This document shows, one piece after another, positions 50,023-61,050 of a stretch of DNA of 63,531 nt. Position 1 is the stretch's first letter. Every line of letters begins with the position of its first letter. The DNA is taken from NCBI GenBank assembly GCA_001938485.1, contig MQRK01216426.1, positions 1 through 63,531 on the forward strand, read 5' to 3'. The position numbers and the translations under genes were made by a program. The notes under the pieces are model-generated. The model did no database searches. It was not told the origin of the DNA and was given only the letters and a program-made list of their open reading frames with translations. The stretch is from Girardia tigrina. Taxonomy: Eukaryota.

Positions 50023-53000
50023 CACTGTGCAGAAAAATCTGTATAAAATGGATAAAAATAAGACGACGCGTTTCGAGATAATAATCATCTCATCATCAGG
50101 TCACAAAATACACTTAGATAGTACACTATATGGAAACTTGCCAAAAATAAATAAATATTATCCAATAAATTATTGGATGAAAATAATTTTATTTCACTTT
50201 TCCTTAAAATTATGCAAAATGCATTACATGCAATTATTTCCATTCTCGCAAACCAACCATTGGCAGCTATCAATTGCCATTTAAGAAAACGATATGTTTT
50301 CTCTATTGTTCGTACTTTACAAGGTATCTGAGACATGATAAAGATGACAACTAACAGCACACGAAAAGCTAATCTTTGAGATGAAGCTTCTCACACTCAA
50401 TGCAATGAACTCAATTTTAGCCTTCCCATCAAACCCAAAACAATCTGAAATCTCATCGATGCAATTTGACTGAAATGTCTAATCAAATGGAATTGATTGC
50501 ATTTAGTGCATTTTGCTTTATTTTAAGGAAAAGTGAAATAAAATTATTTTTATCCAATAATTTATTGGATAAATTTTATTTATTTTTGAAAAGTTTCCAT
50601 ATAGTATCTTAGAGCATCTTGTGACCTGATGATGAGATTAATATTATCTTGAAACGCGTCGTCTTATTTTTATCCCTTATATTTTGAAGGCCTTTTATTC
50701 AATCAATTTTCTCCAATCTTTCCACATTTACTCACTTTCGATGACGATAAATGATTACAGTAGATACCGCTTAAAGAGAATATTTTTGGGACTTGAAAAA
50801 ATGTTCTCTATAACCGATATTTCTCTTTAACAGATACTTTTTTACAAGGATAATTTTTAAAAAAATATCAAAAAAAAACTGTACTAATCAACACATTTAT
50901 TTTTTAAAAAAAAGTTCCAAAAGTTAAAAAAAAACCAAAAAGTTCTCTAACCGATTTTATTCTCTTTAAGCAAGTTCTCTATAAGCGAAATCTACTGTAT
51001 GTGAAAATTTCATCAAACTAGTAAATCAAACAATTGTTTTTGCAAAAAAAACGTTTGACGATTATCCGCAAATGTTTAAACTGTATTAAATAGAAATGTT
51101 ATTATTAACTTTTTAATTGTAAAATGTAGTTACTAAAAATTTTTGGTATGAAATTTTCCATTTTACAAAAGATTTAAATAGTTACTTATAACGTAATTAA
51201 TTTTTTAAAAGAACGTAATAGTAATTTTCAATCTTCTATAAAAGATATAAAAAAATTCTGTTGGCCGAGTGGAATTCTGCCCGTATAAAGAATGGATATG
51301 AAAAATTTTTTTTGATTTACTAGCTTCGTCCTTAGACAGTTTTGGCCAATGATTTCCACATGTTAATTTCCCTGTCACTAATTTTAAAGTTTCAGTAATT
51401 TTTATTTATTTTACTTGTTGATTAATAGAATACTTACTACCGTGTTTCTCGAAGTATAAGACACTGTCTTATATTCATTTTGATGGAAAATTACTAGTAG
51501 GTCTTATACTAACATATTTAAGGGATGTCTTTTATTGTTGGGTATTTGAATTAACTCTGTTTTATCCTTGTTTATATTAAATTTCTAATCTGACTCCAAA
51601 AAGACCAAAATGTTTCTTCTAACATTAATATATGAAGAATGAACACAAATCCTTTTAATATACTTTATTTGTAAATGACAACTTGAGCATAAAATTAAAT
51701 CGAAACTTTAACAACAAATCAATATTTTGAAGCACACTCAACCAGCACAAACCAATATCAATTTAGAACGAGCAATATCTGAAATTTATGATTAAATTTT
51801 TCTGCTGTACAGGATACTAAATTTGTTAAGTAAACTAAAATTAAATAAAGAAAGATTACCATAAATCATAATCAAGTTTAAAAATTTAATAGGATCTGTA
51901 AGTATAATTTATCCGTAATTTTTGTTGTGAATATGACTGAAATAATTATTGTTTATATACTAGTTTTTCTAACCTTAAAAATTGAAAGGCTAAAACAAAT
52001 CTCAAAATATTTATAATTATTCTAAAAATTTTATTAAAATAATGTAAATCGAAAATTATTGATTTTTTAACAGAGAATTATTTTTAATTTTTTTACAAAA
52101 CTTTTTGATTAAAAATTTGAATTTATATTTTGAAACCCCAACAATATTAATATTCCCAAAAAAAGTCTATATTTTGGACTTGGGCGTTATTCCGGGGAAT
52201 GTCTTGTATTTGTAGAAACACGGTATAACGTTTATAACATTTTTTTCTAAAGATTTTTACACTTATATATTACAATTATACCATAATTAAAACCTATATT
52301 TTATCAACTGTACTGATCTAATTTGAGTATAATTAATTGGTATCGTATTGTAAACAATTGAAATTCCCAATGATTTCAGGAGCTGTTTATCGGGATATTA
52401 AGTAATTTTGCATCTGACGACGTATTGTGTCACAAAATCACTGGGAATTTGGAAATTGTGTTAGTGAGTTATTTGAAATATCTACTATCTATTGATTGTT
52501 TCTTTGATCTTCAGAGATTTATTTATATCATTTTGGTCATCTGATTATCCTTCGTTTTTATTAGAATGCTCCAGGTAACGAGTATCGGTTATAAGAATCG
52601 AATTATTGTTGTTTAGGTTAATAAAAATTGTCTTAAAGAATCCCAGTTGCTTCCCTGTCTGGTTGCAAGTAATTAAGTCCAATGAAAACTTTCTAAATCA
52701 CATTATTTTCATTTTGAATTCCTCGACAAATGGTTAAGAGTTTTTTTATTTGAATGGAAACAGAACTCAACGATTGGTATTCTTATTAGGTGAACTGTTA
52801 ATATCGACTCTACAAGTTGTCGGACAGTTGATGAAACTCGATGATGAGCTGTGCGAGAAATGGATCAGTCATGAGTTACTCTCGGCTGCGCTGGTCGCGA
52901 GAAAAGAGACCGAGTAAATTATTTGAATTCGATTAGATGTCATTGGTGTAGTGGTTGACACATAAGATCATTGGACACAAATAGGATTTAATTTACAAAA

Positions 53001-56000
53001 TTATAACATTTGTAAAGATTTTAAATAAGTTTAACTGAAAACATTTAACTTTCTCGTTCTTGATAAAACGAAGTCCGGATGAAAATCTTCTTTTAATAAC
53101 CAAAGTCATCCATTAAAAAATATATTTATAGACTATATATTTCGACGGATCAACCGTCATCTTCAGGTCACTAATTAATAATCAATTCACCTGTATATAA
53201 ATACAAAAATGACGATTATGTAATCGATTGCATGAAATCATGCTAATCAAAAATTCTCAATTAGCTGGTTGAGACTGCCGATTGAACATTGATTTTAGGG
53301 AAACGTGACATAATTAACAATGCTTCACACGACACTCTCTCCCAATAACTGTCAAAATGCTTACACAGAATTTTGAAATTATCAAAATTAACATCAGATT
53401 TATATTTTTTCCTGTGTTCTGCAATATTACTCTCACTCTCTTTTCGACGATGTTCTTGAATTCGTTTACAGAGATGACGGACAGTCTCTCCAATGTATGT
53501 GGCATCGCACCCATTACATTTATATTCATAAACAATATCAGAACACAGTGTTAAAGGTGTAATAGATTATTACTGAACATATTTTGAATTTTATGAGATC
53601 GTGATATAATTTTTAAATTTAATTCATTGTTAGTTGCTTTTAACAATGCATTTTTAAAGTTTTTAAATCCTTCAGAATAAGGTACAATTAAACAATATTT
53701 AGGCATATTATTCATATCTAATGATCCTTCGATTTCTTTCTTAGATCCATCAGGAGAAGCCAAACTCTGATTTTTCGAAAAAATTTTCAAAAGTATTTTA
53801 TCTACTGTTTCCTTTATTAATTTTTCTAGAAAGGATTTAGAATAACCATTCTGATTTAACAAAGAACTTAGTTTATTAACACTTTCTACAGATTTAACAA
53901 AAGTGGAAGACAAAGACCAGGAGCGATAAATTAAACCTTTAATCATGTTTCTTTTATACTCAAGTTCACAAAAACTATCTGGTGAAGTATATAAACCTGT
54001 ATCAGTTTGCTTCCTATAAATTCGTTCTTGAAAATTTCAGTAGAGAAATCTAATTTTTTTATTTCTAGGTTTATCATTTTAAATTGGACATTTTTATTTT
54101 AGATTGATTTTTTTAATTTTAAACTGAATTTTCATGTGTAACTTGTGAGGATGTGGCGCACTCTTAAAATTGGTGAATGTTTGAGATGGGCGGATGTCTG
54201 GGGTCGAAAGTTCTTGGGGGAAATTGTAATGGTATCACGACAGAACACCGCGAATGAAAACGTCGAATTTAATAATTAAATTAATATTAAAATTATTTAA
54301 TTTGGTAAAATTTTATTTAATTAATATTGATATTATTAAAATGAATATTATTATTTGAAAATTTTTCAAAAAGGGCTTAAATTAACCTCTAAAAATGAGT
54401 ACCCTGTTTTATGGTTATAAGGTACCACTGCTTATTTAGGTGCCACCTTATTAAATTTTTATCCGAATGAACACGAAGACGTTGAAGATGTAGTTATTGA
54501 GGAAAGCGATGAAAAATCTGAAGAATCTAAAGATGAGGTAGATGAAGATCAAGGTATTCGTGAGCAGCTCATTGATATATTGTTGGATGAAAATAATTTT
54601 GGTAGCGAAGATGAAGATTATGATGATTCAAAAATATAATTGAAAAAGATGGAATTTTTTTTAAATTTTTGTTTCGTTTTACTAAGGTTCCACTGTTTAC
54701 TAAGGTGCTTTCGGGGAAAAATTTTGTCTTTTAAAATCTACTAAGGTGCCACCATATAACCATAAAACAGGGCATGTTTTTTGATACCGTCCCATGTTTC
54801 CCTAGAGACTGACCTGTGCAGCAGAATCATTGCACTGGATTTGTTGCAACTCGTTCTGGGCCCATTTAAAATTCTTTAATTGTTTGTTCATTTTTAAATC
54901 GTTTTTAATCCTTAACAATATTCAAATCAAAAGACAAATAGAAAAATCGTATAAATTCGTCTCGAAAAATTCGTTAATACAGTTTTGTTTCAAAAATTCG
55001 AAATCGTAAAAAAAGTGATCAAAAGTCGTTCAATCAAAATATTAAATAGCTCAAATCGTCAAAATATTCGTTACAGTAAATAGCTCGAAATCGACAATCA
55101 TTAATTATGGTTCTTTGAAAAAAATTTGGATACTGAAATGTGTGAGAAATATTTGCCATGCATATTGAAGGAAAGTCAGCGAGGGAAATTTCAAAATTTT
55201 TAGATATAAGTAAATTGATGGTTTTCAAAAGCATTAAAAAAGCTAAATATCGTCAGAATTACTCATCGTCAGAGAAATCTGGACGACCAAAGTTGATAAC
55301 AGGTTTTGAAGAAGCTAATTCCTCAATATCGTCGTGCTGCTGTTCACATAATAAACAATAAATGGAGTATACAAACAGTCATTTGAACTTTTCCGTTCAT
55401 TTGTCTACGTCGAATACGTGTATATTTCATCCATAATTAAAGGATATGACGAAACACGATAGAAAGATCTTGCGGGCTAGTTGCTTGTTGACGACTGAGA
55501 TTTCAAATTCTGATGCCTTGTGTGATTCTATTTTTAGTGTAGTGTTCTTGGTTCTCGCTGTCTGTGATATTCCCTGGGAGTGGAGGAACTTCAGTAATTG
55601 TACTTTCATACTTGTAATCAGAGTTAAAAACATTATCATAAGAGTGATTATTTACAAAAGTTACATAATCACACCCGTAAATTAAATGATACAAGGGAAA
55701 TGTTTGGTGTGATGGAATTTAATATCAATAACACGATTATTAAACTATCAAAATCGGAAATTAATGTTTTAAAATTTGGAAAAATTGGAGGGTATGTGAT
55801 AATGATTTTTAGGGTTTGATTAGTAACTTAGATCACAATTATGAAACGACATTTACTGAAGTGCTGTTAATAAAGTTTTATAAACCGAGCTTAAACATGC
55901 AAAGTGATTTATCCTATCATATTAGAGTATTTTGAAGAAAGATATTGTGATGTCTTGCCCATCTTACTAGATTTACATAAAATTGATCACCGAAATAATT

Positions 56001-57200
56001 GCTCCTTGACGAATTGCTCGAGGTTGAATTTTAATAGAGAAAAAACTGCAAGTATACTATCGATGCATAAAATATAGTACATTTTTTACAATACAATCTC
56101 TTATGGTTAGGTTTAGCCCTAATCTTTAACTCCGTAACCCTTACCCTAACTCTTACCTTAACGCTAATCCGTAAGCCTAACCAAAATCCTAAACTCTAAC
56201 CTAGTAACCTAAATCTAACCCTTAACCTAAGCGCTAACATGAACCCTAATACAAATTCAGTTTTTCATGGAGCAATTTTCGTACGGGGAGAAATTTTATT
56301 AAGGAGCAATAATGAGAAGAGTAGTTTTCATCGGGAGGAATTTTTGGGGATCAATTGTCTGGATATCATCTTTTTTTTACTTAAATACGGGACTGAAGAT
56401 GCCACAAAAGTGGCGAAATATGTTTTCCAATAAAAATTTAAATTTGAAATTGTGTTATTTTAATTTACTTATCAATTTACCATTTGATTTAATTATTAAT
56501 GCCAAAATAAAAAGTTAAACAGACATGATTGAATCGATTTTTGGTTTCTTCTGTTTTAAATTCAAAAATCTTTTTAAAATCGATTTTGGATTTATCATTT
56601 ATCAAAAAAAGTAATGAGTAAAATTAAACTAAATCACGAAATATTTTACTTAATAATGAGACGAAAGTAATTTTTTGGAACATTTTGTTAAGAAGTGATT
56701 CTTTGTTTCTAAAATCGCGGCTGTACTGAATATTTGAATACATATATTTCAGATGGTTCCTCAATAATGATATTGATTATTTCCATTACTTGATCCATTT
56801 GTTTTCTACAAATGAGAATGGGATTGTTACTCTAAGTTCGTTTTTTTTAATGTCGATTATATAACCGGAGATGGCCGATTTAGTTAGTAATTTCCATGCG
56901 GTTTACGCGAGTTTCAACGAGTACCTCAATAAGATTTGTGATGAAGAGCCACACCTGATAATCATCGGACAATGCCACAATAGTCTCAGGTTGATTCTAC
57001 CCACCATCGATGTGGTGGTGGCCAATATGGCCACCGAGGAGGCGCTGAACCTACTCCAGTCTGAGCCAACCGTACTCGACAATCTCGTACGGCTTGTTTA
57101 CTCATGCAGCCTTCAATCAGAGAAGACAGCCGCCCAGGAGGTCTATCTCGAGATCAGCTCGTTTTTCAATACGATTATTGGTATCACTTACTCGAATTTG
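44334..57200 (+). CDS. SAAL1: SAAL1 orthologue; exons 44334-44648, 52380-52459, 52515-52574, 52617-52732, 52790-52913, 56753-~56825, 56871-57200; 3' exon(s) not resolved
   Basis: RNESPPP..IGDSSYSK..DDELCKFMDMTVDVDV, ELFIGILSNFA, SDYPSFLLECSRL, FILNSSTN, LMKLDDELCEKW parallel human SAAL1 motifs as recalled (RNPSPPP, IGSTVYSK, EICVGILGNMA, SDPPTLLETSRL, FIMSSSTN, LFDLDEKLMLEW); GT-AG phases consistent, exon 6 donor uncertain. Confidence 0.85.
44691..45346. mobile_element. AT-rich MITE
   Basis: ~50-bp imperfect TIRs CGA.TGTTATACTGCCC..A.ATTATGTAATCTGT. Confidence 0.7.
44785..44817 (-). ncRNA. Degenerate minimal hammerhead motif inside a 24-bp-arm hairpin (44768-44851)
   Basis: Minus strand TTGATTA-T-GACGG-TTGGT-CCGTC-GAAA-TTAA-TC; core CTGANGA has two substitutions. 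Confidence 0.55.
45513..46222. repeat. Tandem duplication of a ~355-bp unit built from CTCAATTTAAAA-like subrepeats
   Basis: 45513-45868 resembles 45869-46222; both end TTTGTATTAATTTTTCATTGC. Confidence 0.85.
46709..46749 (-). ncRNA. Minimal type-I hammerhead ribozyme
   Basis: GAC-CTGAAGA-T-GACGG-TAGAT-CCGTC-GAAA-TATA-TA-GTC. Confidence 0.85.
47330..47370 (+). ncRNA. Minimal type-I hammerhead ribozyme
   Basis: GAC-CTGAAGA-T-GACGG-TTGAT-CCGTC-GAAA-TATA-TT-GTC. Confidence 0.85.
47940..48330 (+). mobile_element. IS630/Tc1-like transposase fragment
   Basis: GGDRRSKL..WVDENRLLTLKEL..VSQSTIDRCL..YTLK..RN..IFLDEVG. Confidence 0.75.
49091..49517. mobile_element. Long-TIR MITE / foldback
   Basis: ~105-bp imperfect inverted repeats (TTTTAATTCAATCTATAACAATCTT..CTCTAAGC.TGGTTTACTCAAAGGAT). 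Confidence 0.8.
50062..50104 (-). ncRNA. Minimal type-I hammerhead ribozyme
   Basis: GAC-CTGATGA-T-GAGAT-GATTATT-ATCTC-GAAA-CGCG-TC-GTC. Confidence 0.88.
50621..50663 (+). ncRNA. Minimal type-I hammerhead ribozyme
   Basis: GAC-CTGATGA-T-GAGAT-TAATATT-ATCTT-GAAA-CGCG-TC-GTC. Confidence 0.85.
50758..50997. mobile_element. pogo/Tc1-type MITE inserted at TA within the repeat shared with 445-910
   Basis: TIRs CAGTAGAT..CGCTTA.AGAGAA; removing it restores ATGATTATGT as at ~519-528. Confidence 0.85.
51440..52223. mobile_element. pogo-type MITE
   Basis: TA|CCGTGTTTCT..A..TA.AAGACA ... TGTCTTGTATTTGTAGAAACACGG|TA. Confidence 0.75.
53061..54021 (-). mobile_element. 5'-truncated Penelope-like element (same family as 46671-47440): RT thumb + GIY-YIG + 3' UTR
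   Basis: IYRKQTDTGLY..MIKGLIYRSWSLSS..L.QNGYS; near-identical GIY-YIG and UTR; TSD TCGTTCT(TGA). Confidence 0.93.
53131..53171 (-). ncRNA. Minimal type-I hammerhead ribozyme
   Basis: GAC-CTGAAGA-T-GACGG-TTGAT-CCGTC-GAAA-TATA-TA-GTC. Confidence 0.88.
54402..54772 (+). mobile_element. Internal-deletion derivative of the pogo at 35758-37482
   Basis: Same TIRs CCCTGTTTTATGGTTATA and near-identical acidic C-terminal coding segment. Confidence 0.9.
55120..55420 (+). mobile_element. Tc1 transposase HTH fragment
   Basis: HIEGKSAREISKFLDISK..V..SIKK..KSGRPKLIT. Confidence 0.65.
55995..56365. mobile_element. MITE with degenerate (CCCTAA)n core
   Basis: Inverted ATTGCTCC/GGAGCAAT subterminal repeats flank CCTAAC-like repeats at 56115-56250. 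Confidence 0.6.
56389..56428 (+). ncRNA. Minimal type-I hammerhead ribozyme
   Basis: GGGA-CTGAAGA-T-GCCAC-AAAA-GTGGC-GAAA-TATG-TT-TTCC. Confidence 0.75.
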
Positions 57201-57775
57201 GTGAGTTTTTTGTGCTCACGATGAATTCATTATTGATTTTATTTACTTTATTAATCATTATGCTTACAAGAAATATCTGATTGTTAAAAGAAAAGAACAA
57301 CTAATTTATCTGTTTTCTAATAACAAAAATATTCCTTTAAATAGCAACGATCATTGTCAATAATCTTCTGCCAGTCTTCGGATCTGTCCCATGTACAGGT
57401 TTTAAGGTTTTCGGATTAAGACTAGATAAGTTTTTCAATTCAATCAAAATTGATAAATCTGAGGCCCATTAGGAATTGCTGCATTGACCGGAATCTGGTA
57501 TAGTTGGGTACAGGTCTTTTTGGCGCCGTTTTGGCACTCTTTATATATTTTATTATTAAATAATTTTTAAATAGATTTTTGTTTATGGTATGGGAGCTAT
57601 TCTTTCAATGGAATAATGTTTTCCAGGTGTTATAATTCAGGTTTGCTTTTTTCATTTAGCTCATAATGTGAAGAAACAAGTAAAACGGATTGGATTGCAG
57701 AGTGAATGGAATTCAAACCCTGAATTTTCATTGAAAGTTAAAATGGTGGTTGCATTATGTTTTGTACATATAGAT

Positions 57776-58910
57776 CAGTGCTTCCCAAACTTTTTGAATC
57801 GCGGACCCCTTGCATAATAAAGTTTTCCGTGAGGAAAACTTTAAGCTTATATCCATATCGTGTTACTTGTCAACATGAGTTGAAAGACACAGACTTTGAA
57901 AAACGACTCCAGTTTTGTCATTGGTTCAAGGAAAATCTGAATGAGGATGACATGCTCGACAAGACTTTTTTTCCTATGAAGCGTGGTTTCATTTGTCTGG
58001 ATATGTGAGTAGCCAAAATTCTCGAGTTTGGTCCAGTGAAAATCCGCATGAATTTGTTGAGAAGCCTCTGCATTCCTTGAAAGTNNNNNNNNNNNNNNNN
58101 NNNNNNNNNNNNNNNNNNNNNNNNNNNNNNNNNNNNNNNNNNNNNNNNNNNNNNNNNNNNNNNNNNNNNNNNNNNNNNNNNNNNNNNNNNNNNNNNNNNN
58201 NNNNNNNNNNNNNNNNNNNNNNNNNNNNNNNNNNNNNNNNNNNNNNNNNNNNNNNNNNNNNNNNNNNNNNNNNNNNNNNNNNNNNNNNNNNNNNNNNNNN
58301 NNNNNNNNNNNNNNNNNNNNNNNNNNNNNNNNNNNNNNNNNNNNNNNNNNNNNNNNNNNNNNNNNNNNNNNNNNNNNNNNNNNNNNNNNNNNNNNNNNNN
58401 NNNNNNNNNNNNNNNNNNNNNNNNNNNNNNNNNNNNNNNNNNNNNNNNNNNNNNNNNNNNNNNNNNNNNNNNNNNNNNNNNNNNNNNNNNNNNNNNNNNN
58501 NNNNNNCTTTTCTTGTTATTTTTAATAAATTAAGAGACGGTCATTGTTCTTCACATAAAATTGACTTTTCAAAATATTTTGTTATTGATTTTTAGAACAC
58601 AGGATATCGTTCTTGTTTTGAAATTTCAGGTGCACAGTTACTTTTTGAACGCACTGTACCTTGGTTTTAGAATTATAAATATTTTCTTATATTGGCGAAT
58701 CAAAAGGAAAACATCTTTTAATTATTAAAACAGAGAGTAGGATTTTAGCAAATAATATATTCAGCATAATAATAAATTCATATTACATTGTCGTTTTAAT
58801 AATATGGATTTTATTAATTTTTTATAAAATTTATTAGTTCATTTCGCAGACCCTTGAATATCATGTCACGAACCCCTAGGGGTCCGCGGACCACAGTTTG
58901 AGAAACACTG
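57776..58910. mobile_element. hAT (Charlie-like) element nested in the MULE
   Basis: TIRs CAGTG.TTC.CAAAC; 8-bp TSD ATATAGAT/TTATAGAT. Confidence 0.85.
57826..58657 (+). mobile_element. Tc1/mariner-superfamily transposase fragment nested in the hAT
   Basis: LYPYRV..HELK..D.EKRLQFC.W, EAWFHLSGYVSSQNSRVWSSENP; right end TTTGAACGCACTG|TA. Confidence 0.8.
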
Positions 58911-59932
58911 TTATAGATCATTTAGATAACTACATTAGTGCTCTGTCTGAAGATTTACCACAAGAACTAAGTTCCTTGTTTTATTGGTTTGAGGATAATT
59001 ATGTTGGATGACCAATGAGAAGAAGAAATGTCATCTCGGATGTGGAACCAATACGAAAGAACAATCGTAGAAATTGATATGACAAATAATTATGTAGAAG
59101 CAGCACACAGAAAAATATATGCAGAAATTGGTGTTTGTCATCCAATTTTATGGAAATTTATTGACTGTTTAAGAAAAATTCAAAGGAGTGAAAAATGACT
59201 GTATATATATTCTTTAAATTCTTTCAAAAAAATTAAAAAAGCGCCAAAATATACGGTCATTATAAATTTGGTTACCATAAACAAAAATATATTTCAAAAT
59301 TATTAAAAAAATATATGGGTAAAAGGTTCAAATAACTCAATTATGAAAATTATATCATAATTTTAAAAATGCCATTAAATCATTTTGAAAAATAATGAAA
59401 CACTATTTTTACTAAACTTTATTTCAAAACAAAGCCATGATCATCCAATTTTGTTTGTTTGGAAGCATTTTCTTTTTTCAATATGATTAAAATTTTACTA
59501 TTTTCTTCAAATAACTGAGAGTTTAAATAACTCAAAGAGTACTGTATATATAGAATGCCAAAAAACGGTGCCAAAAAGTCCTGCTCCGGGTATATTTAGA
59601 GGTCCGTGACAGAGAAATTTAATACAACATAATCTAATCGTGTGTACCAGGTTTGCCCATTTTTGCAATACTTAAGATCGAATTTAAACCCATCTATCGC
59701 GAGATAACCCCATGTACCGAGAATTTGGATATTTAGTATAACTTTAGTTCTGTCACTTTATTTATAAAATCGAGATCGCTTGGGTGGAGCAACTATGAAG
59801 ATTTACCACATATCATCTCGACACTTTTTATTGACTGACTTTGTGCCATTTCCCTTTTGTGTCACAATTTTCCATGCTGTGACAATTTTGATTTTATCTA
59901 CGATTTGTTGCTTATTATTACAAAATGATTAA

Positions 59933-60172
59933 CCCTCCGACCGCGTATATTTTCAAATTTGGTTTAGTGCATTCACATTTTATCAACTGGCACGTTCACA
60001 CCGCAACTCAGGATCAGCTTTGTTTACTACAGAAAGACAGCTTGAACGGGCAAATAGCTGGATAGTAACGTGAGAAAACATAAATAAATGCGAGCACGTC
60101 CAAATCGCGAGATGCGTATAATTATACCAATAGATGCTGCATACGTAAATCGCGGGATACCCGGTCAGAGGG
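59933..60172. mobile_element. piggyBac-like MITE
   Basis: TTAA|CCCTC.GACCG ... CGGTCAGAGGG|TTAA. Confidence 0.8.
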
Positions 60173-60405
60173 TTAATATACAAGCCACAAAACTATTTGT
60201 CTGTTTTCTATTAGGTGAGTCATAAATTTCTAATCAAAAGGTTATTTCGTTTTTTTTTCGAATTGTAAGTAGAATCACACATAACAACAAGTAATTAATT
60301 TATTTTTAAAATAATACAAAACAATTTGAATATTAAAATAACGTCCCAATATTTCTATTGATATTTCAGGAGAATTTGTAAATGATATTTACGATCCTTT
60401 ATGTG

Positions 60406-60457
<52 letters not shown>

Positions 60458-60499
60458 AGTCTTGTAAACGCAAGTTTAATATTTTGAAATATAATTTGA

Positions 60500-61050
60500 T
60501 TAAAGCTTTTTTATATAATTATTGGACATGTTTCGATGTTTATATACATCATCATCAGTAATTTTAATACAATTTTAATAGATACATTAACTTTAAAAGG
60601 TATATTAGGGATTGAATATTATTTATTAAAGTATTATTGAAAAAAAATTTAATTTTGAACTTTGGATGTGACAGAGACTACTTTAGCACTACTTATTGTT
60701 CTACAAATACTCTTCAAAAATGCTCTAAATCCTTCAGAATATGGAATTTTAATGATTTGTTTGTATTCTTCAGTATTTTCTTCTTTTAATTGTTTTTTAA
60801 CTCGTGCATCTGTACATAATTTGTCTAATGTTACCCTAATGTTGTGTTCTATTTGTTTATTTGTATACATATTGACCCTCAAGCGCCTTCTAAGAATATT
60901 TAAACCCTGATTTGCAATTTCAAAACTGGACGACAAATTCCGAACTCTGTGAACAAGCCCTTTGATCATACCCTCTCTGTATTTTTCCTCACAAAAACTC
61001 TGTGGTGTTGTGTAAAGACCTGTATCTGTTGCCTTTCTGAATAATTCAAT
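60500..61050 (-). mobile_element. Truncated Penelope-like element of a second family; GIY-YIG core deleted
   Basis: LFRKATDTGLYTTPQSFCEEKYREGMIKGLVHRVRNLSS..IPYSEGF. Confidence 0.85.
60521..60562 (-). ncRNA. Minimal type-I hammerhead ribozyme
   Basis: CTGATGA-T-GATGT-ATATAA-ACATC-GAAA-CATG-TC; stem I imperfect. Confidence 0.78.

Larger units (their letters stand above)
50050..50675. mobile_element. Foldback element with ~190-bp inverted arms, each carrying a hammerhead motif
   Basis: Arms 50050-50244 and 50486-50675 are reverse complements with some mismatches; inner part resembles 12165-12445. Confidence 0.85.
55850..56435 (+). mobile_element. Penelope 3' remnant (GIY-YIG C-tail + UTR) split by a MITE
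   Basis: TEVLLIKFYKPSLNMQSDLSYHIRVF* at ~55855-55934, then a hammerhead and AATAAA after the MITE. Confidence 0.65.
57506..59588 (+). mobile_element. MULE/Mutator element (degenerate) with nested insertions
   Basis: ~40-bp TIRs CAGG.CTTTTTGGC.CCGTTTT; 9-bp TSD GGTATAGTT/GGTATATTT; CFFHLAHNVKK, YWFEDNYVG, TNNYVEAAHRK. Confidence 0.85.

Noticed and set aside
56105-56250. Interstitial telomere or telomerase-healing site
   Set aside because: Repeats are degenerate and enclosed by inverted subterminal motifs, which fits a MITE core better
60215-60410. Terminal SAAL1 exons
   Set aside because: AG/GT candidates exist but no convincing homology or unique phase solution
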